From assembly GCF_001447785.1 (NCBI RefSeq), contig NW_015175364.1, positions 551,512 through 615,511 of the forward strand: a stretch of 64,000 nt of DNA. Direction: 5' to 3'. The stretch's first letter is position 1. Each line of letters opens with the position of its first letter. Positions 62,701-64,000 of the stretch are shown in pieces. A program made the translations under genes and the position numbers. The notes under the pieces were generated by a model that worked only from the letters and a program-made list of their open reading frames with translations, had not been told where the DNA came from and ran no database searches. This DNA comes from Gekko japonicus. Lineage: Eukaryota.

Positions 62701-62902
62701 TGTCACCTTTGCTCCCACATTACCCTTAGGAAAAGCTCATTCCTTTTCATCCTGGAACACAGAAAGCCAATCCTGTGGATTACCCAAATGAACAGTCTCT
62801 GTGAACTGAACCCTGCTGTACAAGTGTAATAGAATGAGGTGGTAGGATCCTGAGTAAAGCTGATAGCTCCTCCAGCATCTTAAACCCTGAGGTTTATAGG
62901 GC

Positions 62903-63039
62903 NNNNNNNNNNNNNNNNNNNNNNNNNNNNNNNNNNNNNNNNNNNNNNNNNNNNNNNNNNNNNNNNNNNNNNNNNNNNNNNNNNNNNNNNNNNNNNNNNN
63001 NNNNNNNNNNNNNNNNNNNNNNNNNNNNNNNNNNNNNNN
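62903..63039. other. Assembly gap (N run)
   Basis: Run of N. Confidence 1.
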
Positions 63040-63243
63040 CCGCCCTTCCCCTCCCCACAACAGGCACCCTGTGTGGTGGGTGGGGCTGGGAGAACTCTGA
63101 CACACTGCTCTTTTTCAAGGACAGCTGTGCCAGAGCTCGTGACTGGCCCAAGGTCACATCAGCAGGTGCAAGTGGAGGAGTGGGGAATCAAACACGGTTC
63201 TCCCAGATTAGAGTCCACGCACTTAACCACTACACCAAACTGG
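63040..63243 (-). mobile_element. Squam3-like tRNA SINE (3' part lost in the gap)
   Basis: ACTTAACCACTACACCAAACTGGC head. Confidence 0.85.
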
Positions 63244-64000
63244 CAAGCCCTGGTGATGTTATGGGGAGGTATCTGGTTAGCAGCTATGCTAATGGTGGTA
63301 TATCCACACACTACTAAGAGTTGTACCTTATGGTATATGCCACTATGTATGTTCACCATCCTATGGCTGTGATGAGGTGGACTATTTACTGCATGCAAAA
63401 ACAGAAAATTTTCAAAACATAGAAATTAACGATGTGCTAAACATAACATTAGTGGCAGATTACTGCCTCCAGGGGCAGACTGAGAAGACAAAACAGCCCT
63501 AAAAGGACTTCACTCATAACCCATTTGCCCCAATCACCTCCTGTCTTCAACATAATGTGTGCAGTAGTTATTGCAAGCAGGTAAACATTGAAATCTAAAA
63601 AGAAGCCTTTAGGTCTGTGGGCTAGTGGATGAATGTGAGATTTCAATTTGCCAATCTGAGTCCCGGAGAATGAGCCCCAGAACCTGTCTTAGGGCCAAGG
63701 CCTGAGACATGAGGCTGAGTTGTTAGAGTGGAATCAGGAAGTACTGTTTCTGAATGTTAAACCATGTTAAAATGAACGATTCCTGTAAATAAAAAGTAGC
63801 ACATCAGGAAGAAAGAACCCTCACTCCTGTGCTAAATTTATACCTTTATACTAGGGAGTCTTTTATACAAGAGTGCATTTTTTACAAAATGTGAACACCC
63901 ATGTTCAATCTGAAATGGTACAAACTGCTGCCTCAACTCAGAGCGGTACTACCTCATTTTCTCCTCATTTCACTGCATGTGTCAAGCAAGCTGAAGGAAG

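Overview
Vertebrate genomic DNA. The repeat content (BovB, Sauria/Squam-type SINEs, CR1 with TTCTTATG tails) indicates a squamate reptile, probably a gecko. One host gene is present: HEY1, the Notch-target bHLH-Orange repressor, on the minus strand. It has five coding exons (30608-30517, 29344-29269, 29181-29098, 28965-28884, 26964-26381; 305 aa; all introns GT-AG). Its CpG-island promoter carries two perfect CSL/RBPJ sites, CCAAT boxes and a palindromic class-C site. The rest is intergenic DNA dense in transposable elements: BovB, CR1, L2, Penelope-derived fragments, tRNA- and 5S-derived SINEs, several hAT MITE families with 8-bp TSDs, a Helitron and Gypsy LTR pieces. There are two assembly gaps. 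The most unusual observations are: (1) several insertions flanked by abnormally long (29-100 bp) duplications, two with a precise transposon end abutting the duplicate, which suggests one-ended integration; (2) a diverged copy of the HEY1 stop-codon region that creates a splice-acceptor-like site; (3) a 5S-rRNA-headed SINE family; (4) a composite SINE with a Sauria head and an L2-type tail; (5) a hAT MITE family carrying KLF and octamer motifs; (6) a degenerate Penelope hammerhead ribozyme in sense orientation in HEY1 intron 1. Family names come from recognising motifs by eye, not from database searches, and repeat boundaries without TSDs are approximate.
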